NCBI GenBank assembly: GCA_038231275.1
Contig: JBBRLQ010000003.1
Location: 44,340-108,339 of the forward strand
Reading direction: 5' to 3'
From: Polyangiales bacterium
Lineage (GTDB): Bacteria > Myxococcota_A > Polyangia > Polyangiales > Polyangiaceae
Length of the DNA stretch: 64,000 nt
Shown: positions 52,997-63,572 of the stretch, one piece after another
Position numbering within the stretch: the stretch's first letter is position 1
How the letters are laid out: each line of letters starts with the position of its first letter
Notes under the pieces: generated by a model
Seen by the model: only the letters and a program-made list of their open reading frames with translations
Databases searched by the model: none
Told to the model about the DNA's origin: nothing
Position numbers and translations under genes: made by a program

Positions 52997-54176
52997 AGAG
53001 ACCGCGCTCGCGCGCACGCCAATAGCGCCGCGTCCACGCAGGCCGAACGTCGCGCACGCCGTCCGAGGCTTCGACGACCGCGGTCCATTTCGACAGCAAT
53101 CGATCGCCCTCCGCCCAGGCTTCTCGCGGCTCCGGCGGCGACGCGAGCCAGCGCGCTTCGACGGCGTCGCGCTCCGCGAGGAAGAGAGGAGCGAGCCTCG
53201 CGGGATCGCGGAGAACGCGTCGGTGCAGTCGCTCGTGGCGCCAGAAGAGGCTCGCGGCGTCCGGCACGTCGGTCGCGAGCGGGCCTAGAGCGAGCGGCTC
53301 CTCGACGCGCACCGGCTTGAAGAGCCCCACGCACGGCGCGGCGGTGCCGGTCGCCCAATGACGAACACCCTCCTCGGAGAGCTCCGCGACCCACGACGCC
53401 GTGGTCTGCGCCGACACGATCGCGCCTCCCGCATGAATGCATGGTGCACGCATCGCCCCGTTGAGGAGCCGATACTCGGGCCACGCGCGGTCGCCGTGAT
53501 CCCGGAGCAAGCGCATCATGTCGGCGGGTCCGTTCGCCCGCGCCGCGTGCGCCTCGGTGCGCGCGCGCCGTGTCGCGCACTCGGAGACGCGCGTCGCGAG
53601 CCACGACGATTGCACGGCCGCGAAGCCCCGGATCGTGAGCCCGTTGGAGACGCTGCGCGCGCCGCGCACGACGCGCTCCGTCGCGAACGAGCGCCCGCTC
53701 GTCTCGAGCACGATCGCGCCGCGCCGATCTGCCACGAGGAAGCTGTTGTGGTAGGTGAACGAGCGATCTTCGTGCCCGCACCCGCCGCCCTGACCGTGCC
53801 TCTGGAGGAGCGTCACGATCGTGTGCACGGCCTCGTCGGCGGTCGCCGCGCGCTCGAGCGCGAGGCGGAGCAGGTCCATGCCCGTGAGGCCGACCTTCTC
53901 GTACCGCCCGCGCGTGAAGACCGCTTCGTTGCCGATGACGACGCCGCGATCGTTCGCGCCGATCTCCGCGCCCCACATCCAAAAGGGGCGGCTGAGGAGC
54001 ACGCCATGCGTGGCGGCGACCTGCGGAATCTCGATCCACGTGCAGCGCAGCCGCGCGCCTTCCGGGTGACGAAGGGGGCCGTGCCATTCGAGCTGCTGGG
54101 CCTCGTTGGGATCGCGGTCGGAGCTCTTCGCGAAGAGCACGCCGCGCGGCGTGACGTGGACGGCGGTATCGCACAT
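52983..54176 (-). CDS. N-terminal-nucleophile (Cys) hydrolase, C69/C45-like linear amide hydrolase family
   Basis: Starts MCDTAVHVTPRGVLFAKSSDRDPNE, with Cys2 as the predicted Ntn nucleophile. The ATG at 54176 is codon 13 of the track ORF. Family assignment is approximate. Confidence 0.55.
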   Translation of the reverse strand: MCDTAVHVTPRGVLFAKSSDRDPNEAQQLEWHGPLRHPEGARLRCTWIEIPQVAATHGVLLSRPFWMWGAEIGANDRGVVIGNEAVFTRGRYEKVGLTGMDLLRLALERAATADEAVHTIVTLLQRHGQGGGCGHEDRSFTYHNSFLVADRRGAIVLETSGRSFATERVVRGARSVSNGLTIRGFAAVQSSWLATRVSECATRRARTEAHAARANGPADMMRLLRDHGDRAWPEYRLLNGAMRAPCIHAGGAIVSAQTTASWVAELSEEGVRHWATGTAAPCVGLFKPVRVEEPLALGPLATDVPDAASLFWRHERLHRRVLRDPARLAPLFLAERDAVEARWLASPPEPREAWAEGDRLLSKWTAVVEASDGVRDVRPAWTRRYWRARERGLFTPA

Positions 54177-54229
54177 GATCTGTCGCGCGCGTCGTGGTGA
54201 TGCTCGCCGCACGATGATAGCGTACGGGG

Positions 54230-55153
54230 GTGATCGTGGGCCCCTGGAGCTCGACGCTCGAGAGCAAGCGCGCGACGGCGTCCGACGGGACGGGCATCGC
54301 GTACGAGGTCCTCGGCCGCGGCAACAAGACGCTGATGCTCGCGAACGGCCTCGGCGGCCGCCTCTACGCGTGGAAACCGCTCCTCGACGAGTTCTGGCGC
54401 GGCTACCGCATCGTCACGTGGGACTACCGCGGCCTCTTCGCGTCGGAGTCACCCGCGTCACGCCGCCAGCTCTCGGTGGCGCACCACTCCGACGACGCGC
54501 GCGCGATCCTCGACGCCGAGAAGATCGATCGCGCGGTCTTCGTCGGGTGGAGCATGGGCGTCCAGGTCTCCCTCGACGTCGCCGCGACGTTTGGCGAGCG
54601 CGTCGCCGGCCTCGTCCTCCTGAACGGCACGTACGGCCACGTCCTCTCGACGGGGTTTCAACCGCTCTTCTCCATCCCGTTCTTGCCGAAGCGCCTGCAC
54701 GCCACGCTCGAGTACCTCCAGAGCCGCCCCCAGCTCGCGAGATCGCTCGCGTCGGTGAGCCGCTTCGGGCAAATTCCCACGTTCGCGATGCTCGCGCTCA
54801 CGACGGGCTCGCGCGCAAAGGATCTCGCGCCGCTGATCGGCCTCTACATGGACGACGTCCTGGGGCCGAGCTTCGTGAACTTCCTCCGCCTCTTCCAGGA
54901 GCTCGACGCGCACTCCGTTTACCATGTGCTGCCGCAGATCCGTCAGCCGGCCCTCATCGTCAGCGGGATGTTCGACGCGCTCACTCCGGCCTACCAGAGC
55001 CGCGAGATGGCGCGGCGCATGCCCAACGCGGAGCACATCGCGCTGGTCCGCTCCGGTCACTTCTCGATGCTCGAGCGCCCCGACGTCGTGCTCCCTGCGA
55101 TGACGCGCTTCCTCGATCGTCGCGCGCATTGGGATTCGCGCGAGTCACGGTAG
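54230..55153 (+). CDS. alpha/beta-fold hydrolase
   Basis: Nucleophile elbow GWSMG, HGxP-like oxyanion region (LANGLGG), C-terminal His (RSGHFS). Confidence 0.8.
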   Translation: MIVGPWSSTLESKRATASDGTGIAYEVLGRGNKTLMLANGLGGRLYAWKPLLDEFWRGYRIVTWDYRGLFASESPASRRQLSVAHHSDDARAILDAEKIDRAVFVGWSMGVQVSLDVAATFGERVAGLVLLNGTYGHVLSTGFQPLFSIPFLPKRLHATLEYLQSRPQLARSLASVSRFGQIPTFAMLALTTGSRAKDLAPLIGLYMDDVLGPSFVNFLRLFQELDAHSVYHVLPQIRQPALIVSGMFDALTPAYQSREMARRMPNAEHIALVRSGHFSMLERPDVVLPAMTRFLDRRAHWDSRESR

Positions 55154-55159
55154 AAACTG

Positions 55160-56305
55160 TCAGGAGCCTGCGCGCTCGGCTTCGGCGAGGACATCGGCCA
55201 TGAAGTGGACGAGCGCCCACTTGTCCATCGTCGTCGGCTCTCCCTCGAGCTCGACGTGTTGGATCGCAGGGCTCACGAGCACGTCCTTGGCGAGACCGGC
55301 GGGCACGTCTTTGGCGAGCCACAGCGTTTCGCTCGCGGGGATGACCGTATCGCCCGCGCCGTGCAGCAAGAACACCGGCACGCGGAGGCCGCCCATGTGG
55401 CCGTGCGGAGAGACGCGGGCCGCCTCCGCTTCGTGGCTCGCCAGCTCGGTCAGGATCTCTTTCGAGATCGAGTCGATCTTGCCGGAAAAGAGCCGATCCA
55501 TCTTCTCGCGCGCGACCGGCCCGAGCGCCGGCAGCTTGGCGCGCGCCGCGTCGCGCTCCTCCCAGAGCCAAAGGCGGAGCGCGTCGCGGGCCGCCGGCAC
55601 GTCTTCCTGCGGGAAGAAATCCTCGATGTGCGAGTAGACGAGGACGAGCGGCCCGTACTCGTGGGCCTTGATGGGCTGCGGCTTGCCGTCGGGATCGGCG
55701 ATCTCGCTCGTCGCGAAGAAATGCGAAACGCGCGTCAGATCGTCGTGCGCGCCGACCGCGACGACGAAGCCGACGTCGTCCGCGAAGCGCGGATCGGACG
55801 CCGCGAGGAGCGACAGACCGCCGCCGAAGGAGAGGCCCATCACGCCGACGGTCTTCCTGTGGACCTCGCCGCGGAGGACGTGCACGGCGGCGCCGATCGT
55901 GTCGATCGACTTGATGTCCACGTGGTAGTCGCGAAGCTCCGCGATCTCCGGCGTCATCACCACGACGCCGGTAGCGGCGATCGTGCGCGCGAAACGGACG
56001 AGGCGCGGCTCCTCGACGCCGGTGTGATGCACGCCGTGAACGAGGACGATGCCGGGGGCGTCGGGGAGGTCGCTCGGCGCGTAGACGCGCGCCGGCACGG
56101 TCACGCCGTCAGCGTTCTTGAAGGGCAGAAGGCGCTCGGCGACGTCGTGCGCTCCGTAACGCGCCACCATTCCATGATCTTGCGGCGCCTGGAACCGTGT
56201 GAGCAACGACGCCGCGCGCATGTGTGCGCCGGCCGGCCGAAAGAGGAGCACCAGCCCCGCCACCAGCACGAAGAGACCGAGCTTCCTCGTCGTCGCGCGC
56301 TTCAT
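55160..56305 (-). CDS. membrane-anchored alpha/beta hydrolase (dienelactone hydrolase-like)
   Basis: N-terminal anchor MKRATTRKLGLFVLVAGLVLLF; GLSFGG nucleophile elbow. Start is the ATG at 56305 (codon 38); an alternative ATG lies at 56332. Confidence 0.7.
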   Translation of the reverse strand: MKRATTRKLGLFVLVAGLVLLFRPAGAHMRAASLLTRFQAPQDHGMVARYGAHDVAERLLPFKNADGVTVPARVYAPSDLPDAPGIVLVHGVHHTGVEEPRLVRFARTIAATGVVVMTPEIAELRDYHVDIKSIDTIGAAVHVLRGEVHRKTVGVMGLSFGGGLSLLAASDPRFADDVGFVVAVGAHDDLTRVSHFFATSEIADPDGKPQPIKAHEYGPLVLVYSHIEDFFPQEDVPAARDALRLWLWEERDAARAKLPALGPVAREKMDRLFSGKIDSISKEILTELASHEAEAARVSPHGHMGGLRVPVFLLHGAGDTVIPASETLWLAKDVPAGLAKDVLVSPAIQHVELEGEPTTMDKWALVHFMADVLAEAERAGS

Positions 56306-56336
56306 CCGCCGGTCAGCATACCGCGTAGGCATCTCG

Positions 56337-57548
56337 ATGATGGAAACGCGCCGGCCGAGGGGCGCGTTCCCGGCTACATTGTCCCCTGTCGTGCGGCACA
56401 TCCTCCACATCGACATGGACGCCTTCTATGCGTCCGTCGAGCAGAACGACACGCCGAGCCTGCGTGGCAAGCCGGTCATCGTCGGCGGTCCCTCGCGCCG
56501 CGGCGTCGTGACCGCGGCGTCGTACGAGGCGCGTCCTTTTGGTGTGCGTAGCGCGATGTCGATGGGCGAGGCGATGCGCTTGTGCCCGCAGGCGATCGTG
56601 GTCTCACCGCGCATGGCGCGCTACGCCGAGGTGAGCGGCATCGTCTTCGAGATTTTCGGGCGCTTCACGCCGCTGGTGGAGGGGCTCAGCCTCGACGAGG
56701 CGTTCCTCGACGTGACACGCAGCCAGTCGCTCTTCGGCGACGGCGCCGCAATCGCGCGTCAGATCAAGGACGCGATCCGCCGTGAGACCGGCCTCGTCGC
56801 GTCGGCCGGCGTCGCGAGCTCGAAGTTCGTCGCCAAAGTCGCCAGCGACCTGAAGAAGCCCGACGCGCTCGTCGTCGTTCCCGTTGGAGAAGAAGCGTCG
56901 TTCCTCGCGCCGCTGCCGATCGAGCGCATGTGGGGCGTCGGGAAGAAGACTGCGCCGCGCCTGCACGAGGCTGGGCTCCGCACCATCGGCGATCTCGCGC
57001 GGGCCGATCCCAAGCGCCTCGAAGCGCTCCTCGGCAGCTGGGGCCGCGAGGTGCACCAGCTCGCGCGCGGCGACGACGATCGCGACGTCGTCCCGGACGT
57101 GGCTCCCAAGTCGGTCGGCTCCGAGGAGACCCACGAGTACGATCTCGTGACGCGCGAGGCCGTCGAGAAGAGCCTCCTCGATCGCACGTCGCACGTCGCG
57201 CAGCGCATGGTCCGCGAGGGCTATTGGGGACGCGTCGTCACGGTGAAGCTGAAATACGCCGATTTCACGCTCCTCACGCGGCGCGTGAGCCTGGGCGAGG
57301 CGGTCAGCGACACGCAGTCGATCTACGAAGCTGCGCGGTCGACCCTCGATCGCTTTCCGCTCGACGGCGAGCGCGTGCGGCTCGTCGGCGTGTCGATGAG
57401 CGAGCTCTCCGACGTCGCGCCGGGGCCGACGCTCTTCGCAGATCCCGCGCGCTCGAAGCGACGCAAGCTCGAGGAGCTCGTGAACGACGTCTCCGCGCGC
57501 TTCGGGGACGATGGTCTCACCCGCGCGACGCTGCTACGGCAAAAGTAG
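56337..57548 (+). CDS. dinB: DNA polymerase IV (Y-family)
   Basis: ILHIDMDAFYASVE, SLDEAFLDV, and the little-finger region. The ATG at 56337 is codon 47 of the track ORF. Confidence 0.9.
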   Translation: MMETRRPRGAFPATLSPVVRHILHIDMDAFYASVEQNDTPSLRGKPVIVGGPSRRGVVTAASYEARPFGVRSAMSMGEAMRLCPQAIVVSPRMARYAEVSGIVFEIFGRFTPLVEGLSLDEAFLDVTRSQSLFGDGAAIARQIKDAIRRETGLVASAGVASSKFVAKVASDLKKPDALVVVPVGEEASFLAPLPIERMWGVGKKTAPRLHEAGLRTIGDLARADPKRLEALLGSWGREVHQLARGDDDRDVVPDVAPKSVGSEETHEYDLVTREAVEKSLLDRTSHVAQRMVREGYWGRVVTVKLKYADFTLLTRRVSLGEAVSDTQSIYEAARSTLDRFPLDGERVRLVGVSMSELSDVAPGPTLFADPARSKRRKLEELVNDVSARFGDDGLTRATLLRQK

Positions 57549-57706
57549 AGCGTCAGCGTTCGGCGAGGAGCCGTGACGCGCCGCGTTTTCCGATCGAGAA
57601 ATGCCCGTTCGTTCCGTCTGCCATTCTCAACCGCGTGGTCGCGCGGCAGAATCCGACCTGCGAGCGCTGCTGGGTCGCGACGCTCGTGGGACAAGAGACG
57701 GTACGG

Positions 57707-58663
57707 TCATGGTGATCGTGCCGTCTCGTGTCCAGTCCCCGTCGGGGCGGGGGCGGCCGGATCGAGATCCTCGAGCGTCATGTGCACGGCCTTTGCGATG
57801 GCCGCTTGGACGCGCGACAAGACGCGATCGGCGTTGCACGCGAGGTGGAGCGGCTCGCGAACGTCCCACCCCGCGACGCGGATGGGGACGAGGCGCCCGG
57901 CGTCCACGAAGCGGCGCGCCGCTACGACAGGCCCAAAGACCAGCTGCTCGGTGCGCGCGGCGAGCTCCAGCGCGAGCCCGATCGTCTGCGCCTCGTGCCC
58001 CAGGCGCCGTTGCGACATGCCGAGCGGGCAGTCGTCGTCGATCGCGACGAAGCGCCCGTCGCTGCTCGAAATCGGGCAAACCCACGGTACGTCGCGCAGC
58101 GCGTCGACCTGCACCGGCAAGGTCCCCAGCTTTCGTGCGAGGGCCGGCGGCGCGAAGAGCATCTTCCGGAGCTCTCCGATCGGCGCGACGTTCCACGAGA
58201 GCGGCAGCCGATCGCCGCCGCTGGGGAAGATGGCCAAGTCGAAGATGTTGTCCGCCGCGTACGCGCGAACGAGGGCCGGCGGCATTTCGAGGCAACGTAC
58301 GCGCACCGACGGGATGGATCCCGCGATCGTCGGCGCGAAGACCGCGATGAGGTACGACGGCGCCGCAACGGTGAGCTCCAGCCCCGCTTGCGGCGACGGT
58401 CGCCTCATCGTCCGCAGCTTGTCGACGGCCGCCTCCACGTTGGGGACGATCTTTCGGCCCGACTCGCTCAAGGTGACCCCGCGCGAGCTGCGCGCGAGCA
58501 GGCGCATCTCGAGGTGATCCTCGAGCCGCGCGATCGCCTTGGACACTTGTGACGGCGTCACCCGCAGCTCCCGGGCTGCGGCCGTGATGGAGCCCGTGCG
58601 GCGCACCGCCAGGAACGTCATCAGATCGCCGATCCGCAGATCTTCGAGGCCGTCGTTCCGCAC
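57707..58663 (-). CDS. LysR family transcriptional regulator
   Basis: LysR HTH (LEDLRIGDLMTFLAVRRTGSITAAARELRVTPSQVSKAIARLE) plus a substrate-binding domain. The start is uncertain: I propose GTG at 58663, preceded by GGAG; the track ORF extends to 58789 but would then overlap the upstream gene by 73 nt. Confidence 0.75.
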   Translation of the reverse strand: MRNDGLEDLRIGDLMTFLAVRRTGSITAAARELRVTPSQVSKAIARLEDHLEMRLLARSSRGVTLSESGRKIVPNVEAAVDKLRTMRRPSPQAGLELTVAAPSYLIAVFAPTIAGSIPSVRVRCLEMPPALVRAYAADNIFDLAIFPSGGDRLPLSWNVAPIGELRKMLFAPPALARKLGTLPVQVDALRDVPWVCPISSSDGRFVAIDDDCPLGMSQRRLGHEAQTIGLALELAARTEQLVFGPVVAARRFVDAGRLVPIRVAGWDVREPLHLACNADRVLSRVQAAIAKAVHMTLEDLDPAAPAPTGTGHETARSP

Positions 58664-58716
58664 GCTCACTCCTCGACGCCAATCCTGCACGCGTCGCGCA
58701 TCGATGTCACGTGACG

Positions 58717-59517
58717 TTACGTTCGATCCGGGCCGCCTCCGCGCTGCGAGACCGAGTAAGCGACCACGTGGGCGAGGAGATCCGTCCACGGAACGGTGGA
58801 CGACTCGACCGAGATTCCGGGCCTCGCGATCGCCTCTCCCTGCCGAATGCGCTTCATCGTGAGCAGCCGATCGTCGTAGGGCGCGTTCGGCATGCGCGCG
58901 CGCAGCATCTGCACCGTGGTGCCGAAATTCAGGACCTGCGAGTGGCCTCGGGCGCCTCCGAGCGCGGCGTAGCTCGTGCCGGTTTCCCGCAAGATCCAGG
59001 GGGTCCTTCCGGTGCGGCGGAACAGGTACAGCACGCCCGATTTCTCGCGGACGACGCTGCGTGTCTCTTTCTCCACGCCCTTCGTCATCATGAGGCCGCC
59101 GGTCGCGATCGCGCGCATGGGTGAGAACTGCTTGCTCTTCACCGCCTCGCGCGTGTCAGAGTCGAAGCGGTGCGCCGCGCGCACGAGGGCCCACACTTCG
59201 TCGTACGGCAATTTTTCACCGGGACGATCGTCGACCCCCAGACCGTCGGGATCGAATCGGAACCGCTTCATCGAGATCATGTCGTCGCTCGACACGACCT
59301 TCGCGGTGTCGAAGGCGAGGACGGCGTGACCGAGCGCGCGCAGCTTTGCGGCGACGTCGGCTGCGCGCGGCATCTCCGTGGTCGTCAGTACGAGCGCCGG
59401 CGTTCCCGCCGCGAGCTCCAGTCGAACGTCGTACGGCGCCTTCCCGAGGACCTGTGCGACCCCCGCCGTCGCGTCGCCCGCCGCCGCGAGCTCCAGGATC
59501 GCCACGGCGTACGTCAT
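58717..59517 (-). CDS. hypothetical protein
   Basis: 266-aa protein-like ORF that starts 1 nt after the VWA gene's stop on the same strand. Confidence 0.5.
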   Translation of the reverse strand: MTYAVAILELAAAGDATAGVAQVLGKAPYDVRLELAAGTPALVLTTTEMPRAADVAAKLRALGHAVLAFDTAKVVSSDDMISMKRFRFDPDGLGVDDRPGEKLPYDEVWALVRAAHRFDSDTREAVKSKQFSPMRAIATGGLMMTKGVEKETRSVVREKSGVLYLFRRTGRTPWILRETGTSYAALGGARGHSQVLNFGTTVQMLRARMPNAPYDDRLLTMKRIRQGEAIARPGISVESSTVPWTDLLAHVVAYSVSQRGGGPDRT

Positions 59518-59518
59518 G

Positions 59519-60712
59519 TCACTTCACGATCGTCTTGCACCCCAGCACGACCTCGACGTCGCCGCTGGGGTTGCCCTTCAGATCGGCGCACGACTGCCCG
59601 TGGAGGATGACCTTGGTCGGCGCCTTCGGATCGTCGTACGTCCAGCCGTCCTTCGGATCCTCCGGCACGACATGCTGCGTGTTGTGCGCGTCGGTGAACA
59701 CGACGTTGACGAGCGCCGGATCGACGACGCCGCTCTTGTCGAGCATGAGATCGCACGACGTCACGGTCGCGCGGATCTTGTCGAACGCGATCATCATGGC
59801 CAGCTCGAGCTGCGTCGGATCGGGGCTCGACACCGGCGTGATCTGAAAGTGGCACATGTTGTCTGCGTACTTCGTCTCGTACGGCGCGCATGGCTGGTTC
59901 GGCGCGCCGCCCGCCAGGGCGAGCTGCGCCATGAAGAGCGGATCGTAGACCTGCTGGTCGAGCGGAAACGTGTGACCGATGCCGACCGCGAGCGTCGTGA
60001 TCGGACCGGCGGGCGCGGCCAATGCGAATTCGTCCTTCGCAGCCTGGATGCACTTGGGCTGCTGCGTCGCCGGATCGGGCGAGGGGATGCCGTCGGTCAT
60101 GAGGACGAGCACCTTGTGCCCGCGCTCGGTCATGAGCGGCGGCGTCGGCGCGTACTTCTCGAGGAACGCGTATTGACCGCTCATCACAGCGAAGGTCGGC
60201 GTCTGGCCGCTCGGCTGCGCGAGATCGAGCCGCTGCTTGAGCGCCGCGACCTGCGCGTCGTCGACGTACGCGATGGGGACGTTTGCCTTGTCGTACACGC
60301 CGCCGTCGCCCACCGGATCGCTCGTGTCACTGAAGATGGTGAGCCCGAGACCGAACGATTTGTCCTTCGTGCTAGCGAGCCCGTCGATGAACCCCTCGAG
60401 CGCGGGCACGATCGCTCGCCACTTCAGGTCTTCCTTCATGCTGCCCGAGCCGTCGAGCACCACGAGCATGTAGATGGGATCGCGTTGGATCGGCGCCTTC
60501 GCGGTCGCGCAGGCGGCGCCGAGGATCGAGTTCGCGTCGTCGGCGGGTGCGAACACGCCTCCGTCTACCGGTCCCGTCGCCGCGTCGAGCCCGGCGTCGT
60601 CCACGCCGAACCCAGGAGTCGTCGTGCCGCGCGCCGCGCAGCCGACGGCGAGGCCCACCGCGGCCCCCGCGAGGGCCGCTCCACCCATGAAAAGTCGGCG
60701 GAGGCGGCGCAC
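59519..60712 (-). CDS. secreted VWA-domain lipoprotein
   Basis: Lipobox LAVGC|AARG; MIDAS motif DGSGSM with downstream T and D (LVLMTDG); several Cys pairs in the C-terminal region. Confidence 0.7.
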   Translation of the reverse strand: MRRLRRLFMGGAALAGAAVGLAVGCAARGTTTPGFGVDDAGLDAATGPVDGGVFAPADDANSILGAACATAKAPIQRDPIYMLVVLDGSGSMKEDLKWRAIVPALEGFIDGLASTKDKSFGLGLTIFSDTSDPVGDGGVYDKANVPIAYVDDAQVAALKQRLDLAQPSGQTPTFAVMSGQYAFLEKYAPTPPLMTERGHKVLVLMTDGIPSPDPATQQPKCIQAAKDEFALAAPAGPITTLAVGIGHTFPLDQQVYDPLFMAQLALAGGAPNQPCAPYETKYADNMCHFQITPVSSPDPTQLELAMMIAFDKIRATVTSCDLMLDKSGVVDPALVNVVFTDAHNTQHVVPEDPKDGWTYDDPKAPTKVILHGQSCADLKGNPSGDVEVVLGCKTIVK

Positions 60713-60725
60713 GGGGGTGGCCCTT

Positions 60726-61709
60726 TCAGGCTTTGCCGAGGGCGTCGAGGCGCGCGGCGAGCTGCTGCTCGAGCGACACGAGCGCCTTGCTGAAGCCGGC
60801 GATGCCCTCGTCCAGCTTGTCCTTCGCCATGCGATCCTTCTCGTGCATCGCGCGGAACGTCTTCTCGTCCATCGCGATCCGCTCGATAGGCATCGTCTTC
60901 GCGGCGACGGGATCGAGCTTGCGGATCAGCGGGTCTTCCTTGCCTTCGAGCTCGGCGAGGAGCGGCGGCGCGATCGTGAGGAGATCGCAGCCCGCGAGCT
61001 CGATGATCTCACCGATGTTGCGGAAGCTCGCGCCCATCACCTCGGTCTTGTGACCGTGGCGCTTGAAGTAGTTGTAGATGACGGTGACGCTGACGACGCC
61101 CGGATCCTCGTGCGGCGCGTAGTCCTTCTTCGTCTCCTTCTTGTACCAATCGAGGATGCGGCCGACGAACGGCGAGATGAGCGTGGCCTTCGCTTCGGCG
61201 CACGCGATCGCCTGATGGAGCCCGAAGAGGAGGGTCATGTTGCAGTGGATCCCCTCCTTTTCGAGGATCTCGGCGGCCTTGATGCCCTCCCAGGTCGACG
61301 CGAGCTTGATGAGGATGCGCTCCCTCTTCGCGCCCGCGGCTTCGTATTGCCCGATGAGTTGGCGCGCCTTCGCCACGCTGCCTTCGGTGTCGTACGAGAG
61401 GCGCGCGTCGACCTCGGTCGAGACGCGGCCCGGCACGATCTCCAGGATCTTCAGGCCGAACTCGACCGCGAGGCGATCGATCGCACGCTTGACGATGGCC
61501 TCGGTCGCGTCGCCCGCGTCGCCGGCCTTCTTGGCCCAGCCGAGGGCGTCGTCGACGAGCTTGGCGTAAGCGGGCAGCTGCGCGGCAGACGCGATGAGCG
61601 ACGGGTTGGTGGTCGAGTCGCGCGGCCGGAATTTCTGGATGGCGTTGATGTCGCCGGTGTCACTGACGACGACGGTCATCGTCTTGAGCTGATCGAGAAG
61701 GTTGGTCAT
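60726..61709 (-). CDS. tal: transaldolase
   Basis: Class I transaldolase signatures ([24 protein letters not shown] with Schiff-base Lys). The ATG at 61709 is codon 24 of the track ORF. Confidence 0.9.
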   Translation of the reverse strand: MTNLLDQLKTMTVVVSDTGDINAIQKFRPRDSTTNPSLIASAAQLPAYAKLVDDALGWAKKAGDAGDATEAIVKRAIDRLAVEFGLKILEIVPGRVSTEVDARLSYDTEGSVAKARQLIGQYEAAGAKRERILIKLASTWEGIKAAEILEKEGIHCNMTLLFGLHQAIACAEAKATLISPFVGRILDWYKKETKKDYAPHEDPGVVSVTVIYNYFKRHGHKTEVMGASFRNIGEIIELAGCDLLTIAPPLLAELEGKEDPLIRKLDPVAAKTMPIERIAMDEKTFRAMHEKDRMAKDKLDEGIAGFSKALVSLEQQLAARLDALGKA

Positions 61710-61810
61710 CGCCCTACCTGTGGTCCTTGTCCGAGAGTGGCCTTCACGATAGCGCCTTTCACCGGAAAGGGGTCCCACCGGGCCAACCTCGAGCGTAGAT
61801 TGACCGGCGC

Positions 61811-63025
61811 ATGACCAGGCGCAAACGAATCTTGAGGTGGGTGATTGTCGTCTTGGCCGCGGTCGCCGTGGTGCTCTTCGGCGGGTTCCTCTTCATCGAG
61901 ATCCGCGGCATCCCGAGCTACCCGCTCGAGCGCGTCGAGCTGAAGGTCGAGGTCACGCCGGAGCGCGTCGCGCGCGGAAAGAAGTGGGCGGCGCTGCTCT
62001 GCACGGAGTGCCACGCCGATCCGACGACGCAGCGCCTCAGCGGCAAGCTCATGGTCGACGCGCCGCCGGAGTTCGGCCCGCTCTATGCGAAGAACATCAC
62101 GCAGCACCCCGACAAGGGCATCGGCAAATGGACCGACGGCGAGATCGCGTATTTGATTCGCACCGGCGTCGGCCGAACGGGTCGCTACGTGCCGCCGCCG
62201 ATGCCGAAGCTCACCGGTTTGTCGGACGAGGATCTCGCGTCGATCATCGCGTTCCTGCGCTCCGACGATCCCGCGGTGGTGGCCGCCGACGTGGACGATC
62301 GAGATTCGGAGCCGACCTTCCTCATGAAGTTCCTCTGCCTCGTCGCGTTCAAGCCCAAGCCGTTCCCGAAGCAGGCGATCGTCGCGCCGTCGAGCGGCGA
62401 CAAGCTCGCCTACGGCAAGTACCTCGCGGACAACCTCGAGTGCTACCAGTGCCACTCGAAGGACTTCAAATCGAACCGCCAACCGCCGGAGACGAGCGAC
62501 GGGTACATGGGCGGCGGCAACATGCTCCTCGAGCTGAGCGGCAAGAAGATCTACTCGCCGAACATCACGATGGAGGAGGCGACGGGCATCGGCAAATGGA
62601 ACGACGCGCAGTTCCGTCGCGCCATGCAAGGCGGATTCCGGCCCGACGACTCGCCGGTCCTCTATCCGATGCCGAAGTACGTGCAGCTCACCGAGGACGA
62701 GCTCAACTCGATCTACGCGTACCTCAAGACCGTCCCCAAGCTCACGAACCGGCGACCGCCGGCGGAGGCGCAGCCGCGGACCGATCTGACGGGAGGGCAG
62801 GCGACCTACTACAAGTATCGCTGCGACTCGTGCCACGGGGACAACGGCGTCGGCGTCTGCGATCTGCGGCAGGCCGGCGTGAAGTTCCCGACGAACGAGC
62901 TCCTGACGGCGTTCATCAAGAAGCCCGAGAGCGTCGTCCCGAACGCGAAGATGCCCGCGTGGGAGGGCGTGATCAAAGACGAGGAGCTCGGACCGCTCGC
63001 CGACTACGTGCGCACGCTGAAGTAG
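61811..63025 (+). CDS. membrane-anchored tri-haem c-type cytochrome
   Basis: N-terminal TM helix ([19 protein letters not shown]); three CxxCH motifs (CTECH, CYQCH, CDSCH). Confidence 0.8.
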   Translation: MTRRKRILRWVIVVLAAVAVVLFGGFLFIEIRGIPSYPLERVELKVEVTPERVARGKKWAALLCTECHADPTTQRLSGKLMVDAPPEFGPLYAKNITQHPDKGIGKWTDGEIAYLIRTGVGRTGRYVPPPMPKLTGLSDEDLASIIAFLRSDDPAVVAADVDDRDSEPTFLMKFLCLVAFKPKPFPKQAIVAPSSGDKLAYGKYLADNLECYQCHSKDFKSNRQPPETSDGYMGGGNMLLELSGKKIYSPNITMEEATGIGKWNDAQFRRAMQGGFRPDDSPVLYPMPKYVQLTEDELNSIYAYLKTVPKLTNRRPPAEAQPRTDLTGGQATYYKYRCDSCHGDNGVGVCDLRQAGVKFPTNELLTAFIKKPESVVPNAKMPAWEGVIKDEELGPLADYVRTLK

Positions 63026-63091
63026 CGGCATCGACGGAGTTGGCGCCGAACTTGGCCGGTTGGCCGGGCTTCCGATAGCGGAAGAGAGACG

Positions 63092-63541
63092 ATGCGCCGA
63101 ACCTCTTGGATCGTAGTGGCCTCGCTGCTCCTCGCATGGAACGTCGGCGCTGCGCCGTCACCGCCGATCGTCGTCGGCGAGGTGACGAGCGAGGTGACGC
63201 GCGAAGGGATCGATCTCCCGCTGGAGCTTCGCTCCGTCGTCGAGCAAGAGCTTCCGGCCGTCGACATGGCGGGGCGCGCGAAGCCGCGGCCGGCGATCTT
63301 GAGCGTGTCGCTTGTGCGGATGGAACGCGCGGCGTCGGCGGACAAGAAGACCAGCATCGCGTGCGTCGTCACGGCGACCGTTCGCGACAAGCGCAAGGGC
63401 GCGATCGTCGCCGTGCTGGAAGGGCGCGCGCGCGCCGAGAACGAAGAGCGCTTCGCCGAGTTGCTCGAGCACGCGGTGATGAAGAGCGCGGTTCGCGGCG
63501 CTCTGTCGCGCCTACCCGAGGCGCTCGACGCAGCGCGCTGA
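63092..63541 (+). CDS. hypothetical secreted protein
   Basis: Signal peptide MRRTSWIVVASLLLAWNVGAAPS; 149 aa. Confidence 0.5.
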   Translation: MRRTSWIVVASLLLAWNVGAAPSPPIVVGEVTSEVTREGIDLPLELRSVVEQELPAVDMAGRAKPRPAILSVSLVRMERAASADKKTSIACVVTATVRDKRKGAIVAVLEGRARAENEERFAELLEHAVMKSAVRGALSRLPEALDAAR

Positions 63542-63572
63542 GGCCGTTGCCCCCGAATTTGGGTAAGATGCT

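Noticed and set aside
51131-53017. 628-aa minus-strand ORF
   Set aside because: Antisense to the LamG-like lipoprotein and MFS transporter genes.
56290-56345. possible LexA/SOS box upstream of dinB
   Set aside because: No CTGT-N8-ACAG or other recognisable palindrome is present in the 31-nt gap between dinB and the divergent hydrolase gene, so none was annotated.
55205-56551. 448-aa plus-strand ORF
   Set aside because: Antisense to the membrane-anchored alpha/beta hydrolase, which has a GLSFGG nucleophile elbow.
59378-61814. plus-strand ORFs 59378..60793 and 60474..61814
   Set aside because: Antisense to the VWA lipoprotein and transaldolase genes.
61706-63031. 441-aa minus-strand ORF
   Set aside because: Antisense to the tri-haem cytochrome c gene, which has three CxxCH motifs.
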